This document shows, in pieces, positions 1 to 7,788 of a DNA stretch of 64,000 nucleotides. The stretch covers positions 3,238 through 67,237 of the forward strand of contig JALHQU010000016.1 of assembly GCA_022841795.1 (NCBI GenBank). Reading direction: 5' to 3'. The notes beneath the pieces were generated by a model, which worked only from the letters and a program-made list of their open reading frames with translations, was not told the origin of the DNA and did not search any database. Position numbers and translations under genes: made by a program. The first letter of the stretch is position 1; the number at the start of each line of letters is the position of its first letter. The DNA is from Fimbriiglobus sp. (GTDB lineage: Bacteria; Planctomycetota; Planctomycetia; Gemmatales; Gemmataceae).

Positions 1-5
1 CGCTG

Positions 6-818
6 GTGGCGCTCATCCGTCGGCCACCGGGGGCGGTGTTCGAGTCTGCGCTCGTGCTGGCGGTGGTCGGCGTGATCTTGCTGGGGGCGGCGTCGGCGTA
101 TGCCCGCGGGTACGGGCTGGCCGCCCGGCTCGTCACCCCGAGCGCCGCCGGGCTGGGCGTGTGCTGGGTGGCGGCCGGAGGCCGGGGGCGGGTGCCGTGG
201 CCGGCTACGGTGGTGGCGCTCGCCGTTGCCGGCGGGGTGTTCTGGGCGAACACGGATTCCGGCGTGCGGGAGGCGTACTACACGCGGCTGGTGCTGGACG
301 AGCTGAGGGACGACGTGAAAGCCGGAATGTCGCCGGAGTTCGTCGAGGGGCGGTACGGCGGGGCGACGCCGGTACTCATGTACCACGGCACCGCCCGGTG
401 CGTGCGGGCGCTGCGGAACGCGCGGATCGGTGTGTTCGCCCACTGCGGGCCGGACGTGCCGTTCGTCGCCGTGCCGCTCGAAGGGGTGGAATTGCCGCGG
501 GAGTTCGACTGCGGGGCGGCGGAGGTGGCGGCCGGCAACCCGCCCCGGCTGACGCTGCCGGACCCCGGCCGGCCGGTCGTCGGGGTGCGGCTACGGGTGC
601 GGACGGACGAGGCGAGCGGGTGGCGGAAGCTGCTGCTGATCTGGACCGACGCCCGCACCGGGGCCGAGCGTCGTGCGTGGGTGTACCCGCCGTGGATGAC
701 CGCCCAGACGGCGGTGGCGTTCCCGATCGACGGCGTGCCGACCGGCATCCGGGTGGAAGCCGGTAGCGATCTGCGGCTGACGATCGAGGCGGCGGAGTGG
801 CTCACCCCGCCGCGGTGA
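6..818 (+). CDS. hypothetical membrane protein (possibly 5' partial, frame is open to the window edge)
   Basis: GTG-start ORF with high GC3 codon bias and N-terminal hydrophobic segments. The overlapping antisense ORFs are Arg/Gly-rich junk. No recognisable family. Confidence 0.4.
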   Translation: MALIRRPPGAVFESALVLAVVGVILLGAASAYARGYGLAARLVTPSAAGLGVCWVAAGGRGRVPWPATVVALAVAGGVFWANTDSGVREAYYTRLVLDELRDDVKAGMSPEFVEGRYGGATPVLMYHGTARCVRALRNARIGVFAHCGPDVPFVAVPLEGVELPREFDCGAAEVAAGNPPRLTLPDPGRPVVGVRLRVRTDEASGWRKLLLIWTDARTGAERRAWVYPPWMTAQTAVAFPIDGVPTGIRVEAGSDLRLTIEAAEWLTPPR

Positions 819-912
819 CGGGTCACATAAGGCCGGCATATGCCAGCCGGACCGGGTGGGTCACCGTCTCCGACGGTGACGCCGACTCCCGGAGGGAGTC
901 GGCCACCCGACG

Positions 913-2733
913 TTAGCCCACGAACACCCCGTCGGTCATGAGCGACCCGCCGAACGGCGAGCTGAACACCGTGCCGCCGTCGCCCACCAGGTACACCCCG
1001 CCGCCGGATCGCCCGCCGGTGCCCACCACCACCTCGGGCCGGCCGTCTCCGGCGAAGTCGCCGGCCGCCACCCGCGCCCCGCCGGTGTACCCGTCCGCCT
1101 GCGGGATGATGTAGCTGCTGAGCGGGGCGGCCACCGCCTTCGCCCCGTCGCCGGTGTGGGTGAGGGTGGCCCCGCTGATCACCTGCACGTGCATCGCCCC
1201 CACCCCGGCCCCGAACACCACGTCCCCGAACCCGTCGGCGTTCAGGTCGGACACGGCCACATACGCCCCGTTGTTCACCGCCAGGTCGTAGGCGAAGAAG
1301 TCGTACACCAGCCGCTGCGGGGTCTGCCCGCCGCCGACCGTCCGCCCGTCGTAGATGGCGATCCGCGGCCCGCCGCCGAACCCGGCGGCCACCACCAGGT
1401 CCGCCCGCCGGTCGCCGTTCACGTCGCCCACGGCCAGCCGCACCCCGCCGCGGAAGTTGGCGTCGTCGATCCCCCAGAAGTCGGCGGACACGCTGTCCGG
1501 GTTGCCGCCGCTGAACGCCCGCACCCGCGGGCCGCCGCCCTGGTCGGCCCCGACGATCAGGTCGTCCCGCCCGTCCCCGTCGATGTCCCCGGCGGCCAGC
1601 ATCACCCCGCCGCTGAAGTACCACTCGTAGGCGAAGAAGCTCCGCACCTCGCCGCCGGTCTTGCCGTCGTACACCTTCACCATCGGCCCGCCGCCCGGCC
1701 CGGCGCCGACGGCGATGTCCGTCACCCCGTCGCCGGTGAAGTCGCCGGTGGCGGTGCGGACGGACCCGCCGAACCCGCCGAACGGCGTCACCGGCGAGCC
1801 GACCGGGGTGAGCACGCCGCCGGTCGCCGCGTACACCTGGAACGTGCCGTTCGACCCGCCGACCACCACCGGCTCGAACGTGCCCAACTGCGGGGAGACG
1901 CCCGGCGTCGGGGTGGTCACGCTGCCGGCGCTCACCTCCCACCCGATGTCCGCCAGGGCGGCGTAGTCCAGGTCGGAGAACGCCACCCGCGTGCCGGCCG
2001 AGATGTACGGCTGCATGGACACGGCCGCGCCGTTCGAGGTGATGCCCTGTCGCCAGTGCCCGGACTCGGCGGTGCTGATTTGCGGGTTGGTGCCGCCGTT
2101 CGCCGCCCGCGCGTTCGCCCCGGTGAAGCTGCCGCCGGATACCAGCCCGGTCCACTGGCTGGCGATGCCGAACCCGAGCACGTGCCCGAGCTCGTGGACG
2201 GCCACCGAGTACAGGTCGGTCTGCGACCCGGCCGGCGCCCCCAGCCCGGAGTTCCAGTTGGTGTCGCTGCTGAACGAGATGGACCCGCCCCACGAGGCGA
2301 ACCCGCCGCGGCCGCGGGTGCGGAGCAGGTTGAACCAGTCGCCCATGCCGGATGCCGAGTACCCGCCGAACCCGCCCAGCCCGGCCTCGCCCCCGCCAAT
2401 GCCCGCCTGCCCGCCGACGAACACCACGATCTGGTCGGTGCCGACGGTCAGGTTGGGCACCGACACCTGCCGGCTCGGGTCGGACGGGTTGAACGTGGTG
2501 GCCGTCCACGAGTTGCCGCCGGCCGGGGCGATGGCGGCCAGGTCCACGCTGGTGTTCAACCGGGCCGACACGTCCCGCCCGGCCTGTTCGAGCGTCGCCC
2601 GCCGGGTCGGGTCGCTGAAGAACCCGGTGGCGTCGAACCTGTAGTCGAATGTGATCTGGAGGGCAGCCGGCACCTCGCGGGCTTCCAGGCATTCCAGCCG
2701 CCATGCAAACGGACGCGTATGGAGACTCGTCAT
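913..2733 (-). CDS. secreted FG-GAP/VCBS repeat protein with N-terminal metzincin-like zinc metalloprotease motif
   Basis: HELGHVLGF (HExxHxxGxxH) zinc-binding motif. Multiple FG-GAP-like repeats (GDFxGDGxxDxxVG, DxNGDGxxD). N-terminus carries LECLEAREVPA motif and no hydrophobic signal peptide. Confidence 0.75.
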   Translation of the reverse strand: MTSLHTRPFAWRLECLEAREVPAALQITFDYRFDATGFFSDPTRRATLEQAGRDVSARLNTSVDLAAIAPAGGNSWTATTFNPSDPSRQVSVPNLTVGTDQIVVFVGGQAGIGGGEAGLGGFGGYSASGMGDWFNLLRTRGRGGFASWGGSISFSSDTNWNSGLGAPAGSQTDLYSVAVHELGHVLGFGIASQWTGLVSGGSFTGANARAANGGTNPQISTAESGHWRQGITSNGAAVSMQPYISAGTRVAFSDLDYAALADIGWEVSAGSVTTPTPGVSPQLGTFEPVVVGGSNGTFQVYAATGGVLTPVGSPVTPFGGFGGSVRTATGDFTGDGVTDIAVGAGPGGGPMVKVYDGKTGGEVRSFFAYEWYFSGGVMLAAGDIDGDGRDDLIVGADQGGGPRVRAFSGGNPDSVSADFWGIDDANFRGGVRLAVGDVNGDRRADLVVAAGFGGGPRIAIYDGRTVGGGQTPQRLVYDFFAYDLAVNNGAYVAVSDLNADGFGDVVFGAGVGAMHVQVISGATLTHTGDGAKAVAAPLSSYIIPQADGYTGGARVAAGDFAGDGRPEVVVGTGGRSGGGVYLVGDGGTVFSSPFGGSLMTDGVFVG

Positions 2734-3151
2734 GGGACGAACCCCTCCGGGTGAGTCGAAATCAGGTCGGGTGCGGCCGAGCGAGAAAAGTCCGCCGCAA
2801 TTCGGCGGACCCCGAACGGGAGCGGCGGCGACGGGAGGGGACCGCGGCAGCTCGGGACGCGGAGTGTCTGTAGGACGTGATCCGACAGCGTGTCAAACGA
2901 GTCTGGAAAATAGGGAAATCGCAAGTTTCCGCGGGGAAACAGTTGGCGCTAACCGTCCGGAATTCAGACCGCCGCGGGCGCGAAAACTGTTGCCCCGCCG
3001 CCCCGATTCGGCCCCGGCCAATCGGGTGAGAGCCGGGTGAGAACCGCCCGCCCGCCAGGTCGCCTGTTGCCGTCCGGTTCGTCTTCGGGCAAAATGTTCC
3101 CTCTCACCGCTCTCTCAGTTCGACCTCACTCGCTCGCCCACGGAGGCCCCC

Positions 3152-4909
3152 ATGCTCAGGTTCCCGCCCGCCGTCCGCCGACTCGCGGCGACATCACTGC
3201 TTCTGGCGCTGTCCGCCGGGGTGGTGTTCGCCGGCTCGCCGAAGGACAACAAGCCGGCCGGCAAGGCCGACGTTGCGGCCCTCACCCCGATCGACATCGA
3301 CAAGAAGATCATCGACGACATCAAGGCGAACACGCAGGTGAGCCAGAACCTGCAGCACCTGTGCGACGTGATCGGCCCGCGGCTGACCGGCTCGGCCAAC
3401 CTGAAGAAGGCGAACGAGTGGGCGGCCGAGAAGATGAAGGAGTACGGGCTGACCAACGTGAAGTTGGAGCCGTGGGAGATCCCGGTCGGGTGGGAGCGGG
3501 GCACCGCCACCCTGAAGATGATCGAGCCGAACCCGGGCAAGCAGATCCCGGTGGCGGCCAGCGCCTGGACGCCCGGCACCAAGGGCAAGATCACCGGCGA
3601 GGTGGTGTTCCTCGATGCCAAGACCAAGGACGACCTGGCCAAGTACAAGGGCAAGCTGAAGGACGCGCTCGTCCTGTCCCGCCCGCCGTCAAACGTCGCC
3701 CCGATCACCGACCTGCGGTACGGGGCCGGCTCCGGCCCGCAGGCCCCGCCGCCCGCCCCGCCGAAAGACGAGCCGAAGAAGGAGGACAAGAAGGACGAGG
3801 TGAAGAAGGACGACCAGCCGCCGGCGGGCGGCGGGCGGGGCGGGTTCGGCCCGGAGGCGATGGCGCTCCGCCAGGCGATGGGCGAGTTCCTGCGGGCGGA
3901 GGGGGCGGCGGTCATGCTGTCCGATTCGGCCAAGCCGCACGGCCTGATCGTCACCGGCGGCGGGTGGGGGCGGATGGGCGGGGGACCGGGCGGCGGGGAG
4001 GGCGGCCGGGCGGCCCCGGAGCCGATGCCGTCGCTCAGCCTGGCGCACGAGACGTACACCATGCTGTACCGGCTGGCCACCAGCAAGGACGGGCCGAAGC
4101 CGAAGGTGGAAGTCGAGATCACCAACACGTTCATCCCCGGCCCGATCACAGTGTACAACACCGTCGGCGAGATCGTCGGCAGCGAGAAGCCGGACGAGTT
4201 CGTGGTCATCGGCGCGCACCTGGACTCGTGGGACCTGGGCACCGGGGCGACGGACAACGGCACCGGCAGTTGCGCCGTGCTGGAGGTGGCCCGCACCCTG
4301 GGCGCGCTGGCCAAGCAGGGGATCAAGCCGAAGCGGACCATCCGGTTCGTGCTGTTCACCGGCGAGGAGCAGGGGCTGCACGGGTCGAAGCAGTACGTCT
4401 CCCGGCACAAGGACGAGATGCCGAAGACGTCCGCCTGCCTGGTGCACGACACCGGCACCGGCAAGGTGCTCGGGCTGGCCATGCAGGGCCGCACGAAGGT
4501 GCGGGACATCCTGGAGCCGGAGTTGGCCAGCCTGAAGGATGTCGAGGGGTGGAAGGGGCTGAACATGCGGAACCAGGGCGGCACCGACCACCTGTCGTTC
4601 GACGCCGTCGGGGTGCCCGGGTTCGCCTGCGACCAGGAGACGGACGAGTACCGGCTGACCCACCACACCCAGACGGACACCTACGACCACGTGAAGATCC
4701 CGAACATCGTGCAGGGGTCGCAGGTGATGGCGGTGGCGGTGCTGCGGATCGCCAACCTGCCGGACATGCTGCCGCGGGAGCGGCCGGCCCGCACGGGCGG
4801 CGGTCGCGGCGGACCCGGCGGCCCGCCGCCGGCCGAGGAAGTGAAGAAGGACGAGGTGAAGAAGGAGGAGAAGAAAGAAGACAAGAAGGACGAGAAGAAG
4901 GATAAATAG
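3152..4909 (+). CDS. M28 family peptidase with signal peptide and Lys/Glu-rich low-complexity tail
   Basis: Signal peptide LLLALSAGVVFA. M28 zinc-ligand block HLDSWDLGTGATDNGTGS and EEQGLHGS. Internal and C-terminal KDE-rich repeats ending ...KKDEKKDK. Confidence 0.85.
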   Translation: MLRFPPAVRRLAATSLLLALSAGVVFAGSPKDNKPAGKADVAALTPIDIDKKIIDDIKANTQVSQNLQHLCDVIGPRLTGSANLKKANEWAAEKMKEYGLTNVKLEPWEIPVGWERGTATLKMIEPNPGKQIPVAASAWTPGTKGKITGEVVFLDAKTKDDLAKYKGKLKDALVLSRPPSNVAPITDLRYGAGSGPQAPPPAPPKDEPKKEDKKDEVKKDDQPPAGGGRGGFGPEAMALRQAMGEFLRAEGAAVMLSDSAKPHGLIVTGGGWGRMGGGPGGGEGGRAAPEPMPSLSLAHETYTMLYRLATSKDGPKPKVEVEITNTFIPGPITVYNTVGEIVGSEKPDEFVVIGAHLDSWDLGTGATDNGTGSCAVLEVARTLGALAKQGIKPKRTIRFVLFTGEEQGLHGSKQYVSRHKDEMPKTSACLVHDTGTGKVLGLAMQGRTKVRDILEPELASLKDVEGWKGLNMRNQGGTDHLSFDAVGVPGFACDQETDEYRLTHHTQTDTYDHVKIPNIVQGSQVMAVAVLRIANLPDMLPRERPARTGGGRGGPGGPPPAEEVKKDEVKKEEKKEDKKDEKKDK

Positions 4910-4921
4910 TGATGTGGAGAG

Positions 4922-4946
4922 CGGCCGGGTTTACCCCGGCCGTTTT
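4922..4946. terminator. bidirectional rho-independent-like terminator between convergent genes
   Basis: CGGCCGGG-TTTA-CCCGGCCG hairpin followed by TTTT, placed between the M28 peptidase stop (4909) and the sulfatase stop (4946). Confidence 0.6.
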
Positions 4947-6226
4947 CATTTGACCCGCTCGGCCTTGTCGTCGCCGAACAGGTCCTGCTGTTCCCGCAGC
5001 AACTTCTTCATCGCGGCCAGCCGGTCGGCGTGGTCCTTCGCCTCTGCCAGGTTCGTCAACTCGTCCGGGTCGGTTTTCAGGTCGAACAGTTGGAACTTGC
5101 CGAGCTTCGGGTACCAGAGCAGCTTCCAGCGGTCGTCGCGGACCATCCGTTGCGTGCCGGTGTACACCGCGAACAGGGCGTCCCGCACCGCCGCCTTCTT
5201 CCTCGTCAGCACCGGCTTCAGGCTGGCCCCGTCGCACTCCTTCGGCACCGGCACCCCGGCCAACTCGCACGCCGTCGGGAACAGGTCGTGCAGGTACACG
5301 AGCGCGTCCGACTTCCCCTTCGGCACCCCCAGCCCGGCGATGACGAGCGGGGATTTGAAGTGCTCGTACAGGTTCTGCTTGCCCATCAGCCCGTGCCGCC
5401 CGCCGACCGCCAGCCCCTGATCGCTGGTGAAGACGACGACGGTGTTGTCGAGGTGCTTCGCGTCCTTCAGTGCGTCGAGGATGCGGCCGAGGTGGAAATC
5501 GAGGCTGGAAATGCAGGCGTAGTAGTCGGCCAGGTGCTGCCGCATCTCCGCCTCCGCCCGCGGGTACGCCGCCAGCTTCTCGTCGCGGATGTCCCGCACG
5601 CCGATGTCGAGCGGGGATTCGGCCATGAAGTTCTTCGGCAGGGTCAGCTTCGCCGGGTCGTACCGCTTGTGGAACTTCTCCTCGGCGGTGCGGGGGTCGT
5701 GCGGCATGCTCGGGGCGTAGTACACGAAGAACGGCTTCTCCCGGTTCCGGTCCTTCAGCCAGTCGAGTACGGCGTCGGCGCACCGCCTGTTGGTGTCCGC
5801 GCCGACGTGCGGGATGTGAACCGTCGTCTCGAAGTGGTCGTGCGCCGGGCGGAACGAGTTGCCCGGCTTGCTCACGCACAGGGTGGCGAACCCAGCGTCG
5901 CGGAACACCTTCCCGAGCGTCGGCTTGTCGTAGGTCTTCGCCCTGTAGTCCGGGGTGCGAAACGTGCTCTTGCCCGTCAGCAACATCACCCGGCTGGGCA
6001 CGCACACCGCCGCCGACTGCCCGCCCTGGCAGTAGGCGTTCGTGAACGTGAACCCGCGGTTCACCAGGGCGTCGAGGGTCGGGGTGTCGATCTCCTTGTT
6101 GCCGAGCGCGGCGATGGTGTCGAACCGCTGGTCGTCGGTGTACACGAACAGCACGTTCGGCGGCGCGGCGGAGGCAGAGGAGACGGCCGCGACGACCGCG
6201 GCGGCGAGCGAGAGGGCGAATCGCAT
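4946..6226 (-). CDS. sulfatase (arylsulfatase family, formylglycine-dependent)
   Basis: Signal peptide. CVPSR (C-x-P-x-R) formylglycine motif within AAVCVPSRVMLLTGK. Sulfatase-like metal-binding N-terminus VLFVYTDDQRFD. Confidence 0.9.
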   Translation of the reverse strand: MRFALSLAAAVVAAVSSASAAPPNVLFVYTDDQRFDTIAALGNKEIDTPTLDALVNRGFTFTNAYCQGGQSAAVCVPSRVMLLTGKSTFRTPDYRAKTYDKPTLGKVFRDAGFATLCVSKPGNSFRPAHDHFETTVHIPHVGADTNRRCADAVLDWLKDRNREKPFFVYYAPSMPHDPRTAEEKFHKRYDPAKLTLPKNFMAESPLDIGVRDIRDEKLAAYPRAEAEMRQHLADYYACISSLDFHLGRILDALKDAKHLDNTVVVFTSDQGLAVGGRHGLMGKQNLYEHFKSPLVIAGLGVPKGKSDALVYLHDLFPTACELAGVPVPKECDGASLKPVLTRKKAAVRDALFAVYTGTQRMVRDDRWKLLWYPKLGKFQLFDLKTDPDELTNLAEAKDHADRLAAMKKLLREQQDLFGDDKAERVK

Positions 6227-6257
6227 GGCAACCCCTGGGGCGGCCTGACGGGGCCGG

Positions 6258-7682
6258 TCAGACCAACACGTCCTTTACCACGTTGCCGTGAACGTCGGTG
6301 AGCCGGTAGTCCCGCCCCTGGAACCGTGTCGTCAGCTTGGTGTGGTCGATGCCGAGCTGGTGCAGGATGGTCGCTTGCAAATCATGGACGTGGACCTTGT
6401 TCTCGCTCACCGCGAACCCGAGTTCCTCCGTCTCGCCGTAGCTGAACCCCCGCTTGACGCCGGCCCCGGCCAGCCACACGCAGTAGCAGTCCGGGTAGTG
6501 GTCCCGCCCCAAAATGTTCCCGCCGGCGGTGCGGCCCTCGCGGAACGGGGTGCGGCCGAACTCCCCGCTCCACACCACCAGTGTGTCGTCGAACATGCCC
6601 AGCCGCTTCAGGTCGCGGATGAGGGCAGCGATCGGTTTGTCCATCGTGGCGCACTTGGTGGTGAGGCCGTCGCGGATGTCCTCGCTCTTGTTGGTGCCGT
6701 GGAAGTCCCACCCCCAGTCGAACAACTGCACGAAGCGCACGCCCTTCTCGGCCAGCCGCCGGGCGAGCAGGCAGTTGTTGGCGAAGCTCGCTTCGCCCGG
6801 CTTCGCCCCGTAGTCGTCGAGAACCTCCTTCGTCTCCTTGCTGATGTCCATCACCTCGGGCACGGCCGTCTGCATGCGGAACGCCAGCTCGTACTGCTGG
6901 ATCCGCGTGGCCGTCTCCGGGTGGCCGAGTTCCGCCGCCTGCATCTCGTTCAGGTCCTTCAGCGCGTCCAGCGTCTTGCGGCGGGTGTCGCGGTCCATCC
7001 CCTTCGGGTCGGAGACGTACAGCACCGGGTCGCCCTTGCTGCGGCATTGCACCCCCTGGAACACGCTCGGCAGGAACCCGCTGCCCCAGCAGTTCGCCCC
7101 CCCGCTTGGCTGCACCCCGGACGAGATCAGCACCACGAACCCCGGCAGGTTCTCACTCTCGCTGCCCAGGCCGTAGGTCACCCAGGTGCCCATGCCCGGC
7201 CGCCCCTGGCGGTTCGACCCGGTGAAGAGCAGCAACTCGGCCGGGGCGTGGTTGAACTCGTCGGTGTTCATCGACTTGATGACGGTGATGTCGTCGGCCA
7301 GGCCGTGGAAGTTCGGCACCGCGTCGGACATCCAGATGCCGCCCTTGCCGTGCTGCTTGAACTTCCGTGGGGTGCCCATCAGCTTCGGCACGCCGGAGGT
7401 GAACGCGAACCGCCGCCCCTTCAGGTACGACTCGGGCACGTCCTTGCCGTCCCGCTTCACCAGTTCGGGCTTGTAGTCGAACAGGTCCAGGTGCGGCGGG
7501 GAGCCGGACATGTGCAGGTAGATGACCCGCTTCGCCTTCGGCGCGAAGTGCGGCTTCTTCGGCGACAGCGGGTTGTCGGCGGCGACCGAGTGACCGCCGA
7601 GCAGCGACACCGCCGCCGCCCCGAGGCCGAGCGAGCCGCTGCCGAGGAAGTGCCGGCGGGTGTGGTGCAGGAGTGGGGGCAT
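6258..7682 (-). CDS. DUF1501 domain protein (Tat signal, sulfatase-like fold)
   Basis: Twin-arginine motif RRHFLGSGSLGLGAAAV. Typical DUF1501 blocks (HMSGSPPHLDLFDYKP, GREHYP). Start trimmed from 7784 to the ATG at 7682 (MPPLLHHTRRHFLG). Confidence 0.85.
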   Translation of the reverse strand: MPPLLHHTRRHFLGSGSLGLGAAAVSLLGGHSVAADNPLSPKKPHFAPKAKRVIYLHMSGSPPHLDLFDYKPELVKRDGKDVPESYLKGRRFAFTSGVPKLMGTPRKFKQHGKGGIWMSDAVPNFHGLADDITVIKSMNTDEFNHAPAELLLFTGSNRQGRPGMGTWVTYGLGSESENLPGFVVLISSGVQPSGGANCWGSGFLPSVFQGVQCRSKGDPVLYVSDPKGMDRDTRRKTLDALKDLNEMQAAELGHPETATRIQQYELAFRMQTAVPEVMDISKETKEVLDDYGAKPGEASFANNCLLARRLAEKGVRFVQLFDWGWDFHGTNKSEDIRDGLTTKCATMDKPIAALIRDLKRLGMFDDTLVVWSGEFGRTPFREGRTAGGNILGRDHYPDCYCVWLAGAGVKRGFSYGETEELGFAVSENKVHVHDLQATILHQLGIDHTKLTTRFQGRDYRLTDVHGNVVKDVLV

Positions 7683-7692
7683 GGGATGTTCC

Positions 7693-7782
7693 GGGCGAAC
7701 GGTCGGCGTCAGCCGGCCGGTGGTTTGACGAACGGTTGATTCTGGCGTGAACCACCGGCCGGCTGACGCCGACCGTTCGCCC
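7693..7782. repeat. perfect 33-bp inverted repeat with 24-nt loop between DUF1553 and DUF1501 genes
   Basis: GGGCGAACGGTCGGCGTCAGCCGGCCGGTGGTT ... AACCACCGGCCGGCTGACGCCGACCGTTCGCCC, read directly from the sequence. It fills the 106 bp intercistronic gap. Confidence 0.85.
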
Positions 7783-7788
7783 AATCGG

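Noticed and set aside
278-2704. 808-aa minus-strand ORF and the overlapping 1156..2754 plus-strand ORF
   Set aside because: Their translations are extreme Arg/Gly/Pro-rich low-complexity typical of wrong-frame reading in GC-rich DNA. They overlap the well-supported FG-GAP/metzincin gene.
3037-6301. Long alternative-frame ORFs 3037..4905(+), 3115..4680(-), 4356..6005(-) and 5030..6301(+)
   Set aside because: All overlap the M28 peptidase and sulfatase genes, which have clear catalytic motifs. The alternative translations are Arg/Gly-rich junk.
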